A DNA stretch of 35,061 bases from a virus (Duplodnaviria; Heunggongvirae; Uroviricota; Caudoviricetes): positions 1 to 35,061 of IMG/VR virus record IMGVR_UViG_2654587570_000013. One strand, written 5' to 3'. The position numbers and the translations under genes are program-made. Below, piece after piece: positions 33,905 to 35,061 of the stretch (its first letter is position 1; every line of letters starts with the position of its first letter). A model generated the notes under the pieces. That model saw only the letters and a program-made list of their open reading frames with translations, ran no database searches and was not told where the DNA came from.

Positions 33905-34456
33905 TTAAGACACATCAAATTCATCGTCTTCTTCTGGTTCTTGTTCCGGTTCATCCATTAATGGTAATTCTTCTTCCTCGTCTTCTCCTAAATCCGCATT
34001 TTCGAACAAGTCCCCTACTTCATTTAAACGACGCTCGATGATCTCCCTTAGCTTATTCTTCAATGTTTTCTGGTCGGTGGCAGATTCAAGAATTTCTAAA
34101 GCGTCGATTGTGGCGATCTGCAAAATAGTCTGTTTCACCTTCCCGCAATATTCCGCTAGTTCCTGCTCAACATACCCGACCGGAATCAGGAGGTTCATTG
34201 CTTCCTGGTTCTCTCGTTCGGCTGCATCTGCTAATGCTCTCTCACGGCGTAATTTCTCTACGTCGATTTGTTCCTTGACAGTAGTTTCCCTGAGTGGACT
34301 GATGATATTTTTTGCTACCCACTCGGTCCCCTCTTTGAGTGGCACGCGGCGGGTATTGGTATTGTAAGGTAGTCCCCTTTCTAACCATTTCTTAGCGGCG
34401 TTAATTGTATAGCCGTATAAGCGGGAAATTTCTGTAAGGGTTAATTCTTCTTTCAT
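33905..34456 (-). CDS. HTH DNA-binding protein with acidic C-terminal tail (Nu1/terminase-small-subunit-like N-terminus; alternatively a regulator)
   Basis: 183 aa; N-terminal LTLTEISRLYGYTINAAKKWLERGLPY resembles the Nu1-type HTH; central coiled coil; DEEEELPLMDEPEQEPEEDDEFD tail. Confidence 0.5.
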   Translation of the reverse strand: MKEELTLTEISRLYGYTINAAKKWLERGLPYNTNTRRVPLKEGTEWVAKNIISPLRETTVKEQIDVEKLRRERALADAAERENQEAMNLLIPVGYVEQELAEYCGKVKQTILQIATIDALEILESATDQKTLKNKLREIIERRLNEVGDLFENADLGEDEEEELPLMDEPEQEPEEDDEFDVS

Positions 34457-34755
34457 CCGGTTATCCTCCTTTAAATTTGCGTAAAATTATTTATCTGATC
34501 TGCGCATTCAGGAGAGCGCCTAAAACGCTTTATAACGAAGGGAAAGATCGAGGCATGGAAAGGGATTGGCGTGTGTTAATAGTCGCGTAGCGACCGCGCT
34601 GGTGGGCTGCACTGCACCTGTTTTGAAATCTCACACGCACATCAAATACCGGGGTGCCGAAAACTCCCTTTATTTCACCCGTGGAACAGTACCTTTTGAT
34701 TTTGTCAAGTCTTTTTTATAAATAATCGAAAATATTTTTCACACGAGGGCAAATC

Positions 34756-35061
34756 ATGAAGACTAAAGATATTAAGATTGAATTTGAAACTGTTGATGAC
34801 GTTCGGGAACATCGCATTGATTCTACTGGCTGCATCTTCCAGCTTACTAACTCCCCTATTGGATTGATTATCTATGTAGCAGAAGATGACGTGTACGCTA
34901 TATGGGATGGACAGGATGAGTTTAAAGGCGGGAATAGCCATCTGATCAATACTCATGAGGGATTTGATCCGACTCCTGTCTGTATGCTTGCTTATCACGT
35001 AACACTGGATGAACTACCGGAAGCAAGCGCGCGTATCCGTAGAATGAAAGACATTAAGTGA
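34756..35061 (+). CDS. hypothetical protein
   Basis: 101-aa ORF with AGGG SD and an upstream TTGTCAAG-containing promoter-like region; ends at the window edge with a stop codon. Confidence 0.45.
   Translation: MKTKDIKIEFETVDDVREHRIDSTGCIFQLTNSPIGLIIYVAEDDVYAIWDGQDEFKGGNSHLINTHEGFDPTPVCMLAYHVTLDELPEASARIRRMKDIK

Overview
The window looks like most of a tailed-phage (siphovirus-type) genome or prophage, about 40% GC, with a lambda-like late operon on the minus strand running from 27601 down to 4172. All calls are from reading the sequence and remembered family motifs; no database search was run. The late operon order is: terminase large subunit (lambda gpA type), portal, a protease-scaffold-capsid fusion ORF, two head-tail joining proteins, a V-like tail protein, a 1136-aa tail fibre with a C-terminal self-cleaving chaperone domain, three tandem paralogous ~100-aa genes, a second V-like tail tube gene, G/T-like chaperones, an 809-aa tape measure, M/L/K-like tip proteins, a J-like central fibre, several small membrane or basic proteins, and an M15-peptidase endolysin. 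At the left end are a large serine recombinase (1011..2690), a small secreted protein and two tiny membrane-peptide ORFs. At the right end (27.6-35 kb) is an early/regulatory region: HTH-repeat proteins, a Rha-like regulator, near-consensus sigma70 promoters carrying a recurring TTGTCAAG motif, a 1.2-kb ORF-free control region with an array of about 9 GTGTAGGTT direct repeats, a strongly codon-optimised acidic protein, and a Nu1-like HTH protein next to a GC-rich palindromic noncoding stretch. The leads I would follow first are the iteron-like array, the three-paralogue cluster embedded in the tail module, and the unresolved terminase small subunit/cos question. I could not assign the phage to a known genus.
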